Source of the DNA: Actinomycetes bacterium
GTDB taxonomy: Bacteria; Actinomycetota; Acidimicrobiia; Acidimicrobiales; Ilumatobacteraceae
Assembly: GCA_014190095.1 (NCBI GenBank)
Contig: BJFW01000002.1
Span: 2,800-66,799 of the forward strand
DNA length: 64,000 nt
Direction of reading: 5' to 3'
Part shown: positions 1 through 11,049 of the stretch, piece by piece
Layout: each line of letters opens with the position of its first letter
How positions within the stretch are numbered: position 1 is the stretch's first letter
Position numbers and translations under genes: made by a program
The notes under the pieces: model-generated
The model's input: the letters and a program-made list of their open reading frames with translations, nothing else
Told to the model about the DNA's origin: nothing
Database searches by the model: none

Positions 1-545
1 GCCTTGAGGTGTGCCGCGTGTTGAACGATGACGCTGGCGATGGAGCTCGTTTAGAAATTGGCGTTGGCGCACACGATCGCGAGACGTTTCAGTTAGTGCA
101 TGGCCGTGATGCAACAGTTGAGTCACTCGCACGAGTGGCAGAATTTGTTCGTAATCACCGTACTGAAGGCTCTGTTCCACACCCTTTGAACAGGCTTGCA
201 CCAGAGCGAATGTTGCGTTACCGAATAGTGTTATCGCCTGAATTGGTGGGTGCACAGCAACTGCAACCGGTTGAGCCGCCAATTATTCGCATGAATGTGA
301 AAGATGAAATGCCATGTGTTGCCTTTGGTTCACTTCCTGGTGGTAGTCCCGTGGTAGTTGTGTGCACTGCATCAATAGATGTTGACGTAGTGGCCTTTGG
401 CGCAGATGCTCGCTTGCGCACGTCGCCAGATGCAGAACTATTAATTGCAACTCATGCAAACAATGTGACCCCGTCGTTGCACAAATTGGCACAGTCATTG
501 CGCAATCCTGCGCGTTTCGTTGAAGTTTCCCCAGTTCGCCGTTAA
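1..545 (+). CDS. hypothetical protein, C-terminal part (reading frame open to the left window edge)
   Basis: Frame 3 is open from position 3 and stops at 543-545. I recognise no family motif. It lies immediately upstream of prfA. Confidence 0.4.
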   Translation, partial: LEVCRVLNDDAGDGARLEIGVGAHDRETFQLVHGRDATVESLARVAEFVRNHRTEGSVPHPLNRLAPERMLRYRIVLSPELVGAQQLQPVEPPIIRMNVKDEMPCVAFGSLPGGSPVVVVCTASIDVDVVAFGADARLRTSPDAELLIATHANNVTPSLHKLAQSLRNPARFVEVSPVRR

Positions 546-566
546 TTAGCCCGTAGCCTAAGCATC

Positions 567-1637
567 GTGTTTGAACGTCTCTCTCAGATTGAAGCCGAAT
601 ATGTGGCACTTGAGGAAAGTCTTGGCACTGCTGAAGTCTTAAACGACCAGAACAAACTGCGTGACGCATCGCGTAGATATAAACAGCAAACCCCATTGGT
701 GCAGTGCATCCGTGAGTACAAAGAAGCAGAAGGCAATGCCGAAGCCGCCCGCGAACTAATGGCCGATGCAAAAGGTGCAGAGCGCGAACAGTTGCAAGCC
801 GAACTTGACGGTGCAGTCGAGCGAATTGCAGAACTTGAAGCGAAGTTAAAGGTATTGCTGCTTCCACCAGATCCAAATGATGGCAAGAACATCATCGTAG
901 AAATTCGCGGAGCAGAAGGTGGAGAAGAAGCCAACTTGTTTGCCCACGACCTCTTTGACATGTACAGCGCGTGGGCAATGCGCAATGGATGGTCGGTTGA
1001 AGTGATGTCGCTGGATAAGTCCCCAATGGGTGGCATTAACCAAGTGACTATGTTGTTTAAAGGTGACACCGTGTGGTCGCGTATGCGGTTTGAAGGTGGC
1101 CCGCATCGCGTGCAACGAGTTCCCGTTACCGAAGCGCAAGGTCGCATACATACTTCGTCGGCAACGGTGATGGTTATGCCAGAGGCCGAAGAAGTAGACG
1201 TGTCGATTGATGAAAAAGATTTGCAAATTGATGTGTATCGCGCAAGTGGTCCAGGTGGTCAGGGAGTGAACACCACCGACTCCGCAGTACGTATTACTCA
1301 CAAGCCATCGGGAATAGTTGTTGCTATGCAGGATGAGCGTTCGCAGTTGCAGAACCGTTTGCGTGCAATGACTGTTTTGCGTTCACGCTTGTTGAAGCAG
1401 CGCGAAGAAGAGCAAGCGGAAAAAATGTCTGCGGAGCGCAAAGCTCAAGTAGGTAAGGGCGGACGTGGCGAAAAGATTCGAACCTACAACTTCAAAGAAA
1501 ATCGCATTACCGATCACCGTATTGGTTTCACTTTGTATCAGTTGCAAGATTTCTTGGCGGGCAACGTTGACCCAGTCGTGGATGCGCTAACTACGCAATT
1601 CCAGATTGAGCAGTTGGCTGGCGCTACAAATGACTAA
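567..1637 (+). CDS. prfA: peptide chain release factor 1
   Basis: 356 aa. Has the GGQ motif (SGPGGQGVNTTDSAVRITHKPSG) and the RF1-type PVT tripeptide (RVQRVPVTEAQGRIHTS). Confidence 0.97.
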   Translation: MFERLSQIEAEYVALEESLGTAEVLNDQNKLRDASRRYKQQTPLVQCIREYKEAEGNAEAARELMADAKGAEREQLQAELDGAVERIAELEAKLKVLLLPPDPNDGKNIIVEIRGAEGGEEANLFAHDLFDMYSAWAMRNGWSVEVMSLDKSPMGGINQVTMLFKGDTVWSRMRFEGGPHRVQRVPVTEAQGRIHTSSATVMVMPEAEEVDVSIDEKDLQIDVYRASGPGGQGVNTTDSAVRITHKPSGIVVAMQDERSQLQNRLRAMTVLRSRLLKQREEEQAEKMSAERKAQVGKGGRGEKIRTYNFKENRITDHRIGFTLYQLQDFLAGNVDPVVDALTTQFQIEQLAGATND

Positions 1638-2529
1638 CCACATCATGACGCCCGAAGACGCGGTGACATGGAGCAAGATGCTCGCCGAAACGACTGAGCA
1701 ACTGGGCGATGCCAACGAAGCACGTTGGTTGTGTGAGCATGCAAGCGGATTAGATGGTGAAGAATTTCGTCAATCGCAAGATGAATGTGTGACGACGGCG
1801 ATGGCCAAGCAATTGCACGACATGGTTCGACGTAGGTTAAAAGGTGAGCCGTTGCAATACGTCATGAGGCGTTGGGCGTTTCGACACTTAGATGTTCTTG
1901 TTGATCAGCGAGTACTAATTCCACGTCCCGAAACTGAATTGCTAGTTGAGGTAGGCCTGGCAATTGCAACTGAGCGATTGCAGCACATAGATCGCCCACT
2001 CAACATTGTCGATTTAGGTACGGGAAGCGGAGTGATTGGGTTGTCAATGGCGCACGAACTGCCGCTTGGCAAAACCAATGTGTGGCTTACCGATCAGTCA
2101 AGCGATGCGCTGGATGTTGCACGTGGAAACCTGGTTGGCGTTGGCCAAAAGGGTGGCGGGGTTCGACTTGCACTTGGCAGTTGGTGGAACGCGCTTGATA
2201 GTTCATTGAAGGGCGCAATTGACGTTGCATTGTGTAATCCTCCCTACATTTCTCGCGACGACGACGAAGTTGCAACCGAGGTTCATGCATGGGAACCACA
2301 CTCTGCTTTGTACGCAGATGACAATGGGCTCGCAGACATTCGTGCAGTAATTAGCGGTGCAACAACATGGTTGGCAAATAAGGGGTGGTTGGCACTTGAA
2401 ATTGGCTATCAACAGGGTGATGATGTTCGTGTGTTGTTAGAAAATGCCGGACTCGTGAATGTTGAAATTCGACGCGACCTCGCAGGCAGAGACCGAATCG
2501 CCTTAGCGCAACGACAAACTGCGTCGTAG
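1630..2529 (+). CDS. prmC: release factor glutamine N5-methyltransferase
   Basis: Has the NPPY motif (LCNPPYISRDD) and SAM motif I (VDLGTGSGVIG). I chose the ATG at 1630, which overlaps the prfA stop. The ORF track starts at 1606. Confidence 0.92.
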   Translation: MTNHIMTPEDAVTWSKMLAETTEQLGDANEARWLCEHASGLDGEEFRQSQDECVTTAMAKQLHDMVRRRLKGEPLQYVMRRWAFRHLDVLVDQRVLIPRPETELLVEVGLAIATERLQHIDRPLNIVDLGTGSGVIGLSMAHELPLGKTNVWLTDQSSDALDVARGNLVGVGQKGGGVRLALGSWWNALDSSLKGAIDVALCNPPYISRDDDEVATEVHAWEPHSALYADDNGLADIRAVISGATTWLANKGWLALEIGYQQGDDVRVLLENAGLVNVEIRRDLAGRDRIALAQRQTAS

Positions 2530-4581
2530 AAAATCCAGCTGGTGCAGTAGCAAGTTTTCTGCAACAACTTCTTGCGGCGTCATGTGTGTAACGCCAACGA
2601 GCGGTAAGAATTCATGAGGCTTACCAGCATGCAGTAACGCAGTGGTGAGTTCTAATGAATGCGCCGCCAACACATTGTCGTCGGCGAGTCCGTGAATGAT
2701 GAGTAGCGGGCGAGTCAGGTTTTCTGCATCGTGCAACAGTGAAGAAGCGATGTATGGCTGTGGGTCGTGCATTGGGTTACCCAGATATCGCTCGGTGTAG
2801 AACGTGTCGTACAACTTCCACTCAGTAACTGGTGCACCGGCAATAGCGGTATGAAAGTGTTGAGGTGCTCGAAGCACAGCAAGCGCTGCCAGGTAACCAC
2901 CGAAACTCCAGCCCCGAATTGCCACTCGTGTTGTGTCGGCACACGGAGCGATTTCTGACAAGTGGATAAGTACTTCAATCTGATCGTTCAGCACGCTTGT
3001 TGCAAGGTCGTGATACACCTCACGTTCCCAGTCACTGCCACGACCAGGTGTGCCGCTTCCATCGGCAATGACAACACAGAAACCTTGATTAGCAAACCAT
3101 TGGGCTGCGGTAAATGCCATACTGCTTGCAACCACTCGTTGTGCGTGTGGACCACCATATGGGTCGAACAGAACTGGAAGTGCAGAGCCGTCGTGGTTCT
3201 CGGGCAACACAATTGCAGTGCTGATGCTTCGATTGCCGACGCTATGAAATGAAACGTTGACGCTGAGCAACGATTGCTCGGCGTTATTCAACAATTCGTA
3301 GTGGTTGTTCACCAGTGTTCGCGAGCGTGGGTGATGCATAGTTGCGCTGCGCACCACAATGGTTTCGCCGCCAACTGCAACAGTGTGAATGCCGTCGTCG
3401 TGGGTGAGTTGAACTATTTCATGAGTTGCGACATTCACTCTCCATGCGTGTAAGACGTGTGGCTGGTCAATGGGATTACCTGAAAATGTCACGTGTTTGG
3501 CATCAGCATTTACGACTCCACGTACCTGAATATGGGGTGGAGTAATCGCAATGTTGTTCACCAAAACTGCTCGAGCACCATTGCGTTCTCCGCACCACAA
3601 CAACATGTTTTCGGCAATAAGTGACGGGCCGCCGGCAACGAGTTCGACCCATTTGTCATCGCGTTCCACGTGCAGAGATTCTGTTTCGCCGGTATTCGTG
3701 TGTACTTTACGAATGTCGAGCAGCTTTTGGTCGCGCGACATCACCGATATGACGAGCCCTGACTTATTCCACTGCACAGATGTCAGATACTCGAAAGTTT
3801 CTGCGTCCCAGACAATGTCGGTCGAACGTGCTTCAAGGTCGATGACATGCAACGAAGTACGTGCATTGGTCGTTCCTGCAAACGGATACCTGCGAGTTTG
3901 TGGTTCAACAGTTGGTTGCGACGGGTCGGCGATGGTGATGAGTTCAATTGGAGAGTTGTCGACGCGTTCCACCGCGAGTGCATCGCTGTTCGGTGACCAC
4001 CAGTAGCCGCGCTGCCGATTCATTTCTTCTGCGGCCACAAACTCGGCAACACCCCATGTGACGTCACTCGCTGTTTCAGGAGTGAGGCAACGCTCGTTGC
4101 CTTGCATGTCGCACACGAATAATGCGCTGCCACGCACATAGGCAACATGTTTGCCATCCGGGCTGATTCGAGCGTCGTAAATTGTGCCTGGTGCAGGTTT
4201 GTTGACTAGGACTTCGCGAGCATTGTGCATGTCACCGACAAACAGACGACCACTTACGGCAAAGGCAACGTGAAGTACTTCGCTGTCGCATGAGAACGAA
4301 ACAATTCCCGCTGCACCTTCTCGTGCACGCTCACGCCGAGCACGTTCTTGTGCCGATTCATGTTCGGGTATTGAGTTGTTGAGCAGTGCGCGAATATCGG
4401 CAAGACAAATTTCGGTGTTGCGATCGGTATGGCATATCCATAGCGAATTCACCGTGTCATTGCCGGCAGGCGACCGAAGAAACAGCACTCGTTTTCCATC
4501 TGGGGAAACAATGATGTTTCGCGGTTCACCAAGAGTGAGGCGCTGAGTACGCGCATATTGTCGAGGAAACGTGTCGGTCAT
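2503..4581 (-). CDS. S9 family serine peptidase (dipeptidyl-peptidase IV / prolyl oligopeptidase-like)
   Basis: 692 aa. The long N-terminal region is beta-propeller-like. The C-terminal alpha/beta hydrolase carries the nucleophile motif GWSFGGY and later HGLADDNV. Confidence 0.85.
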   Translation of the reverse strand: MTDTFPRQYARTQRLTLGEPRNIIVSPDGKRVLFLRSPAGNDTVNSLWICHTDRNTEICLADIRALLNNSIPEHESAQERARRERAREGAAGIVSFSCDSEVLHVAFAVSGRLFVGDMHNAREVLVNKPAPGTIYDARISPDGKHVAYVRGSALFVCDMQGNERCLTPETASDVTWGVAEFVAAEEMNRQRGYWWSPNSDALAVERVDNSPIELITIADPSQPTVEPQTRRYPFAGTTNARTSLHVIDLEARSTDIVWDAETFEYLTSVQWNKSGLVISVMSRDQKLLDIRKVHTNTGETESLHVERDDKWVELVAGGPSLIAENMLLWCGERNGARAVLVNNIAITPPHIQVRGVVNADAKHVTFSGNPIDQPHVLHAWRVNVATHEIVQLTHDDGIHTVAVGGETIVVRSATMHHPRSRTLVNNHYELLNNAEQSLLSVNVSFHSVGNRSISTAIVLPENHDGSALPVLFDPYGGPHAQRVVASSMAFTAAQWFANQGFCVVIADGSGTPGRGSDWEREVYHDLATSVLNDQIEVLIHLSEIAPCADTTRVAIRGWSFGGYLAALAVLRAPQHFHTAIAGAPVTEWKLYDTFYTERYLGNPMHDPQPYIASSLLHDAENLTRPLLIIHGLADDNVLAAHSLELTTALLHAGKPHEFLPLVGVTHMTPQEVVAENLLLHQLDFLRRSLSLR

Positions 4582-6071
4582 GCCAGCAGAGTCCCCGAAT
4601 TGTCAAGTCGAACAGGAACGCCAACCCATTCGCGTTCGCACATTTCAGTTGCTAATTGCGGATCATTCGATGTTGCCCAGGCGCGACGCGAGTCGGGGAG
4701 GATGACCGAAGCGCAAATGGTTTCGGGGTTTCCATCTCGCCCATGTATCACGCTGTACGCCTCAAGTTTCGCGGGCCCAACTGCTTCGGCAGTAGTTGCC
4801 ACTTGACGTTTTAGCAATGCATCAATTTGGTCTTGTGGAGACGAATGTGTAAATCCTTTTTGTGGAGGTGTCGCTGAATATGCACCGAATGAATGCTTCG
4901 TTGCATATCCGCCATTTGCCCACACGAAACCGTGAGTCTGTGGTTGTTCGCGAACCTTGTGCATTGTGGTGGCAATGGCGTGCATGACGTAGTTATTAAA
5001 CGGTCCACCCGCAAACGAAAGTCCACCAGTTTGAGTGAGTTGCTGGTTCAAACTGAGTCCGAGCGACTGTGCGCCGAGTTGTACTGCAGAAGGGAAGCAC
5101 GAGTACAAGTCAATGAAGTCATATTCACTCGTTGGCTTGCCCGTGAGTTGTTGTAGTTGTTCGCCACCTAAACGAATTGCAGGTGTATCGGTGAACGTCC
5201 AGCGATGAGAAATGAAGTTGTGCTCGTGGCAGTCGGTGCCAGCTTGTGGGAACACCCAATTGTCTCGTGCAATGCCTAGAGCGGTCGCGCGCTCTACCGA
5301 ACACAAAACGAGCGCTGCCGACATGTCGACATCGTTGTTCGAGTTCATCAGTTTTGTGTACGGGTATCCAACCATTCGGTTGGTTGGGGAAGCAGTGCGA
5401 ATCTGTTCAGGTGTGTACGAATGACGCAACCATGCATGTGGGTTGCTTTCGGCTACGTTGCTAAAGCGCGACCAGAGTTCGCTGATCAATTGTTGATGCT
5501 CACTGACCGAGCGTTGTGCTGCGGCACGAAGTGCCGTTTCAAACATGGGGTAGATCTGGATTGGTAGTGCGATCTTCAGTGCAAGTTCGACTTCATGGTT
5601 CATCACCAATTCCGCTGCAACAGCAGTTGGAACTTCATCTGCTGCAGACTCTGGTGATGCGTTCATCCACTTGGGTTGAACTTCAGATTGTTTGGCGCGA
5701 CGTCGAGATCGCGACGCTTCGCCGCCCGTAAGCACGACCATGTCGATCTCGCCACGAGAAATCGCCAGTGATGAAAAGTTCACGAGAGATTGCGGAAGGT
5801 TTCCACCGTGTGGGGTAAGGCCTGTAACGCGAACATTTAGTCCGAGTTCACGGGCCACGCTGCGTGCGGGGTTTGGCTCGCGAGTAGACAACGAACGCAA
5901 GACGTGCAGCGCGTCAATGGTGCCGAGTGTTGAGACGCCAGCATCGTGAATGGCGGCGCTTACTGCCTGCGCCATGAGTTGGGTGGGGCTCAATGCCTGC
6001 GAAAGATCGTCTACATGTTGTGCGATTTGGGCTTGCCCAACAAGAACGGGGGTGCGTGGGTCCAGCGTCAC
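4578..6071 (-). CDS. thiolase-like protein (SCP2-thiolase / TLP1-like, probably non-canonical)
   Basis: 497 aa. Thiolase-fold signatures are present (LYSCFPSA resembling the HDCF region; GGPFNNY; ANGG). There is no Cys in the first ~255 residues, where the thiolase nucleophile should sit. An extra ~100-aa C-terminal domain is present. The stop overlaps the peptidase start by 4 nt. Confidence 0.65.
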   Translation of the reverse strand: MTLDPRTPVLVGQAQIAQHVDDLSQALSPTQLMAQAVSAAIHDAGVSTLGTIDALHVLRSLSTREPNPARSVARELGLNVRVTGLTPHGGNLPQSLVNFSSLAISRGEIDMVVLTGGEASRSRRRAKQSEVQPKWMNASPESAADEVPTAVAAELVMNHEVELALKIALPIQIYPMFETALRAAAQRSVSEHQQLISELWSRFSNVAESNPHAWLRHSYTPEQIRTASPTNRMVGYPYTKLMNSNNDVDMSAALVLCSVERATALGIARDNWVFPQAGTDCHEHNFISHRWTFTDTPAIRLGGEQLQQLTGKPTSEYDFIDLYSCFPSAVQLGAQSLGLSLNQQLTQTGGLSFAGGPFNNYVMHAIATTMHKVREQPQTHGFVWANGGYATKHSFGAYSATPPQKGFTHSSPQDQIDALLKRQVATTAEAVGPAKLEAYSVIHGRDGNPETICASVILPDSRRAWATSNDPQLATEMCEREWVGVPVRLDNSGTLLA

Positions 6072-6153
6072 TTCTCAAACTCTACTTTTCAATGATTGCA
6101 AGCGATCTATTGGGTAAAGCCCTTGTGACCTATGCTCGCATGCGGTATCTCTG

Positions 6154-6627
6154 ATGAATTCTTCGCCTTCACCTCGCATTATTGCCATCGGATCTGACCA
6201 CGCTGGATTCGAACTCAAGCAGCATCTTGTAGCCGTGTTGTCGAAGGCTGGACATACCGTTATTGATCACGGCACGAACTCCACCGAAAGCGTTGACTAC
6301 CCGCCATTTTGTGCAGCAGTTGCGCGCGATGTGCGCGATGGCAAAGCAGAAATCGGCATTGTTATGGGTGGTAGTGGCCAAGGTGAGCAGATTGCAGCAA
6401 ACAAAGTGCATGGCGTTCGCGCTGCATTGTGTAACGACTTGTATTTGGCAGAAATGGCTCGCTCACACAACGATGCGAACGTGTTGAGCATGGGTGGGCG
6501 AGTAGTGAGTTTTGAACTAGCAGAACAAGTCGTTGAAAAGTTTTTGACAACTCCGTTCGAGGGTGGTCGTCATGAGCGCAGAGTTGCGCAACTTGCAGAA
6601 ATTGAACAACAAGAAGGAGTGCGTTAA
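6154..6627 (+). CDS. rpiB: ribose-5-phosphate isomerase B
   Basis: 157 aa. N-terminal [16 protein letters not shown] and [13 protein letters not shown] are typical of RpiB/LacAB. Confidence 0.9.
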   Translation: MNSSPSPRIIAIGSDHAGFELKQHLVAVLSKAGHTVIDHGTNSTESVDYPPFCAAVARDVRDGKAEIGIVMGGSGQGEQIAANKVHGVRAALCNDLYLAEMARSHNDANVLSMGGRVVSFELAEQVVEKFLTTPFEGGRHERRVAQLAEIEQQEGVR

Positions 6628-7883
6628 TGCCTTGGCCGTCGGAGACCCAGAGAGACACAGAAGTTTTTGCACTCATTGATAAAGAGCGCGAGCGCCAGAG
6701 CACTGGACTGCAACTCATTGCAAGTGAGAACTTCACTTCACCAGATGTGATGGAAGCAACAGGGTCGGTACTCACGAACAAATATGCAGAGGGCTACCCA
6801 GGCAAGCGCTATTACGGAGGGAACGCAGTTGTAGACGATATTGAAGCAATTGCAATTGACCGTGTAAAGAAATTGTTTGGCGCAGATCACGCCAACGTGC
6901 AGCCGCACTCGGGTGCCAGCGCAAACATGGCGGTGTATCTCGGACTCATCAAACCTGGTGACACCGTTCTTGGACTCAGTCTCGATCATGGTGGTCACCT
7001 CACACATGGTTCGCCAGTAAATGCTTCGGGAATTTTGTATAACTTCCAGTCATTCCGCGTTGGAGCAACAGATGAGCGCTTGGACTTCGATCAAATTCGC
7101 GATCTTGCAATTAAACACAAACCGAAAATGATTGTTGCAGGAACTACTTCGTACCCACGCAGACTTGAGCCACAGCCATTCCGGGCAATCGCCGACGAGG
7201 TTGGCGCGCTCATGATGTTTGACATTGCTCACATTGCTGGACTTGTTGCGGGTGGCGCACACCCCAACCCAGTGCCATATGCCGACGTTGTTACGTTCAC
7301 AACGCACAAGACGTTGCGCGGTCCACGCGGTGGTTGCATTTTGACTACTGCTGCACACGCTGCAGCAATTGACAAAGCGGTGTTTCCAGGAAGTCAAGGC
7401 GGACCACTTGAACATGCAGTTGCAGCTAAGGCTGTTGCGTTTCATGAAGCCATGCAGCCAAGTTTTAAAAATTATGCTCAGCAAATTGTGAAGAACGCTG
7501 CTGCTCTTGCAGAGGCCCTTTCTAAACAAGGTTTCCGACTGGTTTCTGGCGGAACCGACACACACATGATGGTGGTGGACTTGCAGCCATTCGATGCCGA
7601 GTTAACAGGCAAGGAGTCACAACTCGTACTTGATGAAGCGGGAATCACATTAAACAAGAACAACATTCCAAATGATCCGCGAAGCCCATTCGTCACCAGC
7701 GGTGTGCGAATTGGAACTCCATCAGTAACAACACAGGGCATGAAAGAGCCAGAGATGGCATTGATCGCTGAATACATCGCGACAACGTTGCGCAACCGTG
7801 CCAACCCAGCTGCAGTTGCAGAAGTTCGCGCCAAGATTGCATCTTTGTGCGCCAAGTTCCCTGTGTACACGAAGCGTGCGTGA
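6627..7883 (+). CDS. glyA: serine hydroxymethyltransferase
   Basis: 418 aa. PLP-lysine motif [12 protein letters not shown]. The start overlaps the rpiB stop (TAATG). Confidence 0.97.
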   Translation: MPWPSETQRDTEVFALIDKERERQSTGLQLIASENFTSPDVMEATGSVLTNKYAEGYPGKRYYGGNAVVDDIEAIAIDRVKKLFGADHANVQPHSGASANMAVYLGLIKPGDTVLGLSLDHGGHLTHGSPVNASGILYNFQSFRVGATDERLDFDQIRDLAIKHKPKMIVAGTTSYPRRLEPQPFRAIADEVGALMMFDIAHIAGLVAGGAHPNPVPYADVVTFTTHKTLRGPRGGCILTTAAHAAAIDKAVFPGSQGGPLEHAVAAKAVAFHEAMQPSFKNYAQQIVKNAAALAEALSKQGFRLVSGGTDTHMMVVDLQPFDAELTGKESQLVLDEAGITLNKNNIPNDPRSPFVTSGVRIGTPSVTTQGMKEPEMALIAEYIATTLRNRANPAAVAEVRAKIASLCAKFPVYTKRA

Positions 7884-8998
7884 TTGATCTCACCGGCTAT
7901 CTGATCGTTGGCCTTTGTGCCGCGGTGGTAACAGCAATTCTTACCCCGCTTGTCGAGCGCTATGCACGCAAGCGTCAATGGATGGCTGAACCCGACGAAC
8001 GACGTGCTCACCCAGTGCCAACTCCAAACGTTGGTGGCTTGGCATTTATGGGCGGACTCGTTGTTGCACTCATACTTGCGTGGCGAATGGATCGCTTCTC
8101 GCCGGTCATATCAGGCAACTCAGAGTTGATTGGTGTTGTGCTCGCAGCAGGTTTGATCACTGCTCTTGGTTTTGCAGATGACATTCGAGACTTGTCTGCA
8201 CCAATGAAGGTGACCGGAGTAGTAGTTGTTGCGCTGATGTTGGTGTGGTTTGGTGTGACCATGTTCTATTTTCGAGTTCCATTCCTAGACGTGTTTGTGC
8301 TGTCCAATGATTGGATTCCTCTCTTTACGGTGTTGTGGTTACTAGGCATGACGCAAGCGATCAACTTGATTGATGGCCTCGATGGGCTCGCAACAGGAAT
8401 TGTGGCAATTGCTGCAGCAACATTTTTTGTCTATAGCAAGCATCTTGCAGATCAAGGTTTACTTGCTCAGCCAAACATCGGTCCGCTTATTGCAATCATT
8501 ACGCTTGGAATTTGTTTGGGCTTCTTGCCGTACAACTTCAACCCTGCGCGAATTTTTATGGGCGACGTTGGTGCACTGATGCTTGGTTTGTTGATGGCCG
8601 TCTCAACGAGTGTGGTTGGAGGCAGAGCAGACCCGCAGTTGCAAGGTGTAAGTGGGCAAACCTATTTCTTTATTGCCCCACTATTTATTCCGTTGCTCAT
8701 TCTTGGCGTGCCGTTCTTCGACGTCCTGTTTGCCATCTTGCGACGCACGGTGAGCAGGCAAGGGTTTGCCACCGCTGACCGAGGACACCTGCACCACCGG
8801 CTCATTGCTCTGGGACATGGACCGCGCCGCGCCGTGGTCATTTTGTGGGCATGGACAGCGCTGTTGTCTGCCGTTGCCTTATACCCAGCCCTCATTTCAA
8901 CTAAGCCCAACTTCTGGCCATTGATTGTTGCAGCCGTGTTGTTAGCGGGTTTTACGGTGTTTCATCCCAGATTGCGCCCCCACTCAGAAGCCAAATAA
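7880..8998 (+). CDS. wecA: MraY/WecA-family polyprenyl-phosphate N-acetylhexosamine-1-phosphate transferase
   Basis: Polytopic membrane protein with [13 protein letters not shown] and [11 protein letters not shown] motifs. I chose the GTG at 7880, which overlaps the glyA stop (GTGA). The position before the atp operon matches actinobacterial rfe/wecA. Confidence 0.82.
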   Translation: MIDLTGYLIVGLCAAVVTAILTPLVERYARKRQWMAEPDERRAHPVPTPNVGGLAFMGGLVVALILAWRMDRFSPVISGNSELIGVVLAAGLITALGFADDIRDLSAPMKVTGVVVVALMLVWFGVTMFYFRVPFLDVFVLSNDWIPLFTVLWLLGMTQAINLIDGLDGLATGIVAIAAATFFVYSKHLADQGLLAQPNIGPLIAIITLGICLGFLPYNFNPARIFMGDVGALMLGLLMAVSTSVVGGRADPQLQGVSGQTYFFIAPLFIPLLILGVPFFDVLFAILRRTVSRQGFATADRGHLHHRLIALGHGPRRAVVILWAWTALLSAVALYPALISTKPNFWPLIVAAVLLAGFTVFHPRLRPHSEAK

Positions 8999-9136
8999 CG
9001 CACAAACGCACGACTGGTTTGGTGGGTTTGGCGTCGTCAAACTAGTTTGTACTTAGTTTCACAAGCGTCAAACGAGGGCTATTCGTTGAAGAATTTTCCA
9101 AAGAAATTCGTGCCAAAAAAGGCATTAGAAACCGGC

Positions 9137-9385
9137 ATGAGTGACACACTCGGCCGTGGTCCGGAGATGGCGCTGAGCGTGTTGGTGTTTACGGTTGTAG
9201 GACTGGTTATTGATTCGCAAGTAGGAACAATGCCGATTATCACCATTGCGCTCGTGGTGTTCTCGCTGGTTGGCAACTTCATTCGCATGTATTACACCTA
9301 CGACGGTCGCATGAAAGCACTGGAAGAACAACGATCGAATGCATCAATGGCTCACCAACGCAATGGGAGTCTGAGTGAAGGCTGA
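9137..9385 (+). CDS. AtpZ/AtpI-family small membrane protein
   Basis: 82 aa with two TM helices (ALSVLVFTVVGLVIDS, ITIALVVFSLVGNFI), directly upstream of the atp operon. I chose the ATG at 9137 over the ORF-track start at 9047. Confidence 0.6.
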   Translation: MSDTLGRGPEMALSVLVFTVVGLVIDSQVGTMPIITIALVVFSLVGNFIRMYYTYDGRMKALEEQRSNASMAHQRNGSLSEG

Positions 9386-9863
9386 TGATCCTCAATACGT
9401 GTCCATTCTTGCAATGAATGACCAAGGTCCAGCTCCCGAAGCTGCCATTGTGCGCGACATTATTAAGCATGGCTCGATAGTTGCTCCCATCTTGATCGGA
9501 CTGAGCGCAGTGGGTTGGGGAGTGAACGGTGCATGGTCAAGCGCATATGGAATTGCTCTAGTGCTGGGTAATTTTGCAGTCGCTGCATGGATGGTGTCGT
9601 ACACCGCTCGAATTTCATACGCCCTCATGATGGGCGCAACGCTGTTTGGTTACATTTTCAGGCTGGCAGTGATCGCCGCCGCAGTCTTTTTTGTTCGTAA
9701 CGCCACGTGGATTGAACTCGTGCCTTTGTGCATGACTATTGTCATTAGTCACGTTGGGTTGCTCTTCTGGGAAATGCGTTATATTTCTTTGTCGCTTGCT
9801 TTCCCCGGACTCAAGCCAAAGCACACAGCAAGCCCAACATTTCAAGATTCAACAAGTAACTAG
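9375..9863 (+). CDS. ATP synthase operon-associated membrane protein (AtpI position)
   Basis: 162 aa with about 4 hydrophobic helices. It overlaps the previous gene by 11 nt and precedes atpB. Assignment is by position and topology only. Confidence 0.5.
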   Translation: MKADDPQYVSILAMNDQGPAPEAAIVRDIIKHGSIVAPILIGLSAVGWGVNGAWSSAYGIALVLGNFAVAAWMVSYTARISYALMMGATLFGYIFRLAVIAAAVFFVRNATWIELVPLCMTIVISHVGLLFWEMRYISLSLAFPGLKPKHTASPTFQDSTSN

Positions 9864-9882
9864 TCGATAAAGCAGGATCACA

Positions 9883-10689
9883 GTGTTCTCAAACCAAATT
9901 GCAGTAATTCTTGGTGAAAGTTCGGGGCGCGGCTTTAGCTTCCCACCGATTAACACCATCCTTCGTTGGAAAGATGTAGTACCAGGAATTAACAAAGTCG
10001 TGATCATTGCGATTTTGTCGGCCGTAATCGGAATTGCTTTGTTTCTTGTTGCTTCGCTCAAAGATGGGCGTAAGGCTCCGAAGGGCAGCCGTAACTTGGC
10101 AGAAATCATTGTTGAGTTCATTGAAAAGAACATCATCATGGAGACCATGGGCAAATCAGGAATGGGTTGGACGCCGTTCTTGCTCACGATGTTTGTGTTT
10201 ATTTACTTGTGCAACTTGCCGGGAATTATTCCGTTCATTCAGATGCCTGCAACGGCTCGAATGGGTATCCCTGCATTCATGGCGTTGCTCGTGTGGGTGG
10301 TGTTCAACGCAACAGGTATCAAGCACCAAGGTTTGTTTGGTTATTTCAAGAATGTGTTGTTCCCACCGGGAGTACCAAAAGCGCTATACATCTTGGTGAC
10401 ACCAATTGAACTCATCTCCACTCTCGTCGTTCGTCCGTTCTCATTGGCAGTGCGACTTTTCGCCAACATGCTTGCGGGTCACCTTTTGTTGGTCATTTTC
10501 GCTTTGCTTTCTCAGGCGCTGATTCAGGCAGAAACTCAGAAGTTCTTCCTTGTTCCAATCGGCATTTTGCCATTCGCCTTGCTCGTCTTCTTGACTGGCT
10601 TTGAGATCTTGGTTGCATTCCTTCAGGCGTACATCTTCACGGTTCTCACCGCGGTGTACATCGGTGGGGCAACGCACCCGGAGCACTAA
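9883..10689 (+). CDS. atpB: F0F1 ATP synthase subunit a
   Basis: 268 aa. Conserved Arg motif region RLFANMLAGHLLL. Multi-TM. Confidence 0.95.
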   Translation: MFSNQIAVILGESSGRGFSFPPINTILRWKDVVPGINKVVIIAILSAVIGIALFLVASLKDGRKAPKGSRNLAEIIVEFIEKNIIMETMGKSGMGWTPFLLTMFVFIYLCNLPGIIPFIQMPATARMGIPAFMALLVWVVFNATGIKHQGLFGYFKNVLFPPGVPKALYILVTPIELISTLVVRPFSLAVRLFANMLAGHLLLVIFALLSQALIQAETQKFFLVPIGILPFALLVFLTGFEILVAFLQAYIFTVLTAVYIGGATHPEH

Positions 10690-10739
10690 TTCAGAAACAT
10701 CGAATACCGACAGATACCCACAAATAACTAATCAACTAA

Positions 10740-11045
<306 letters not shown>

Positions 11046-11049
11046 TCTA

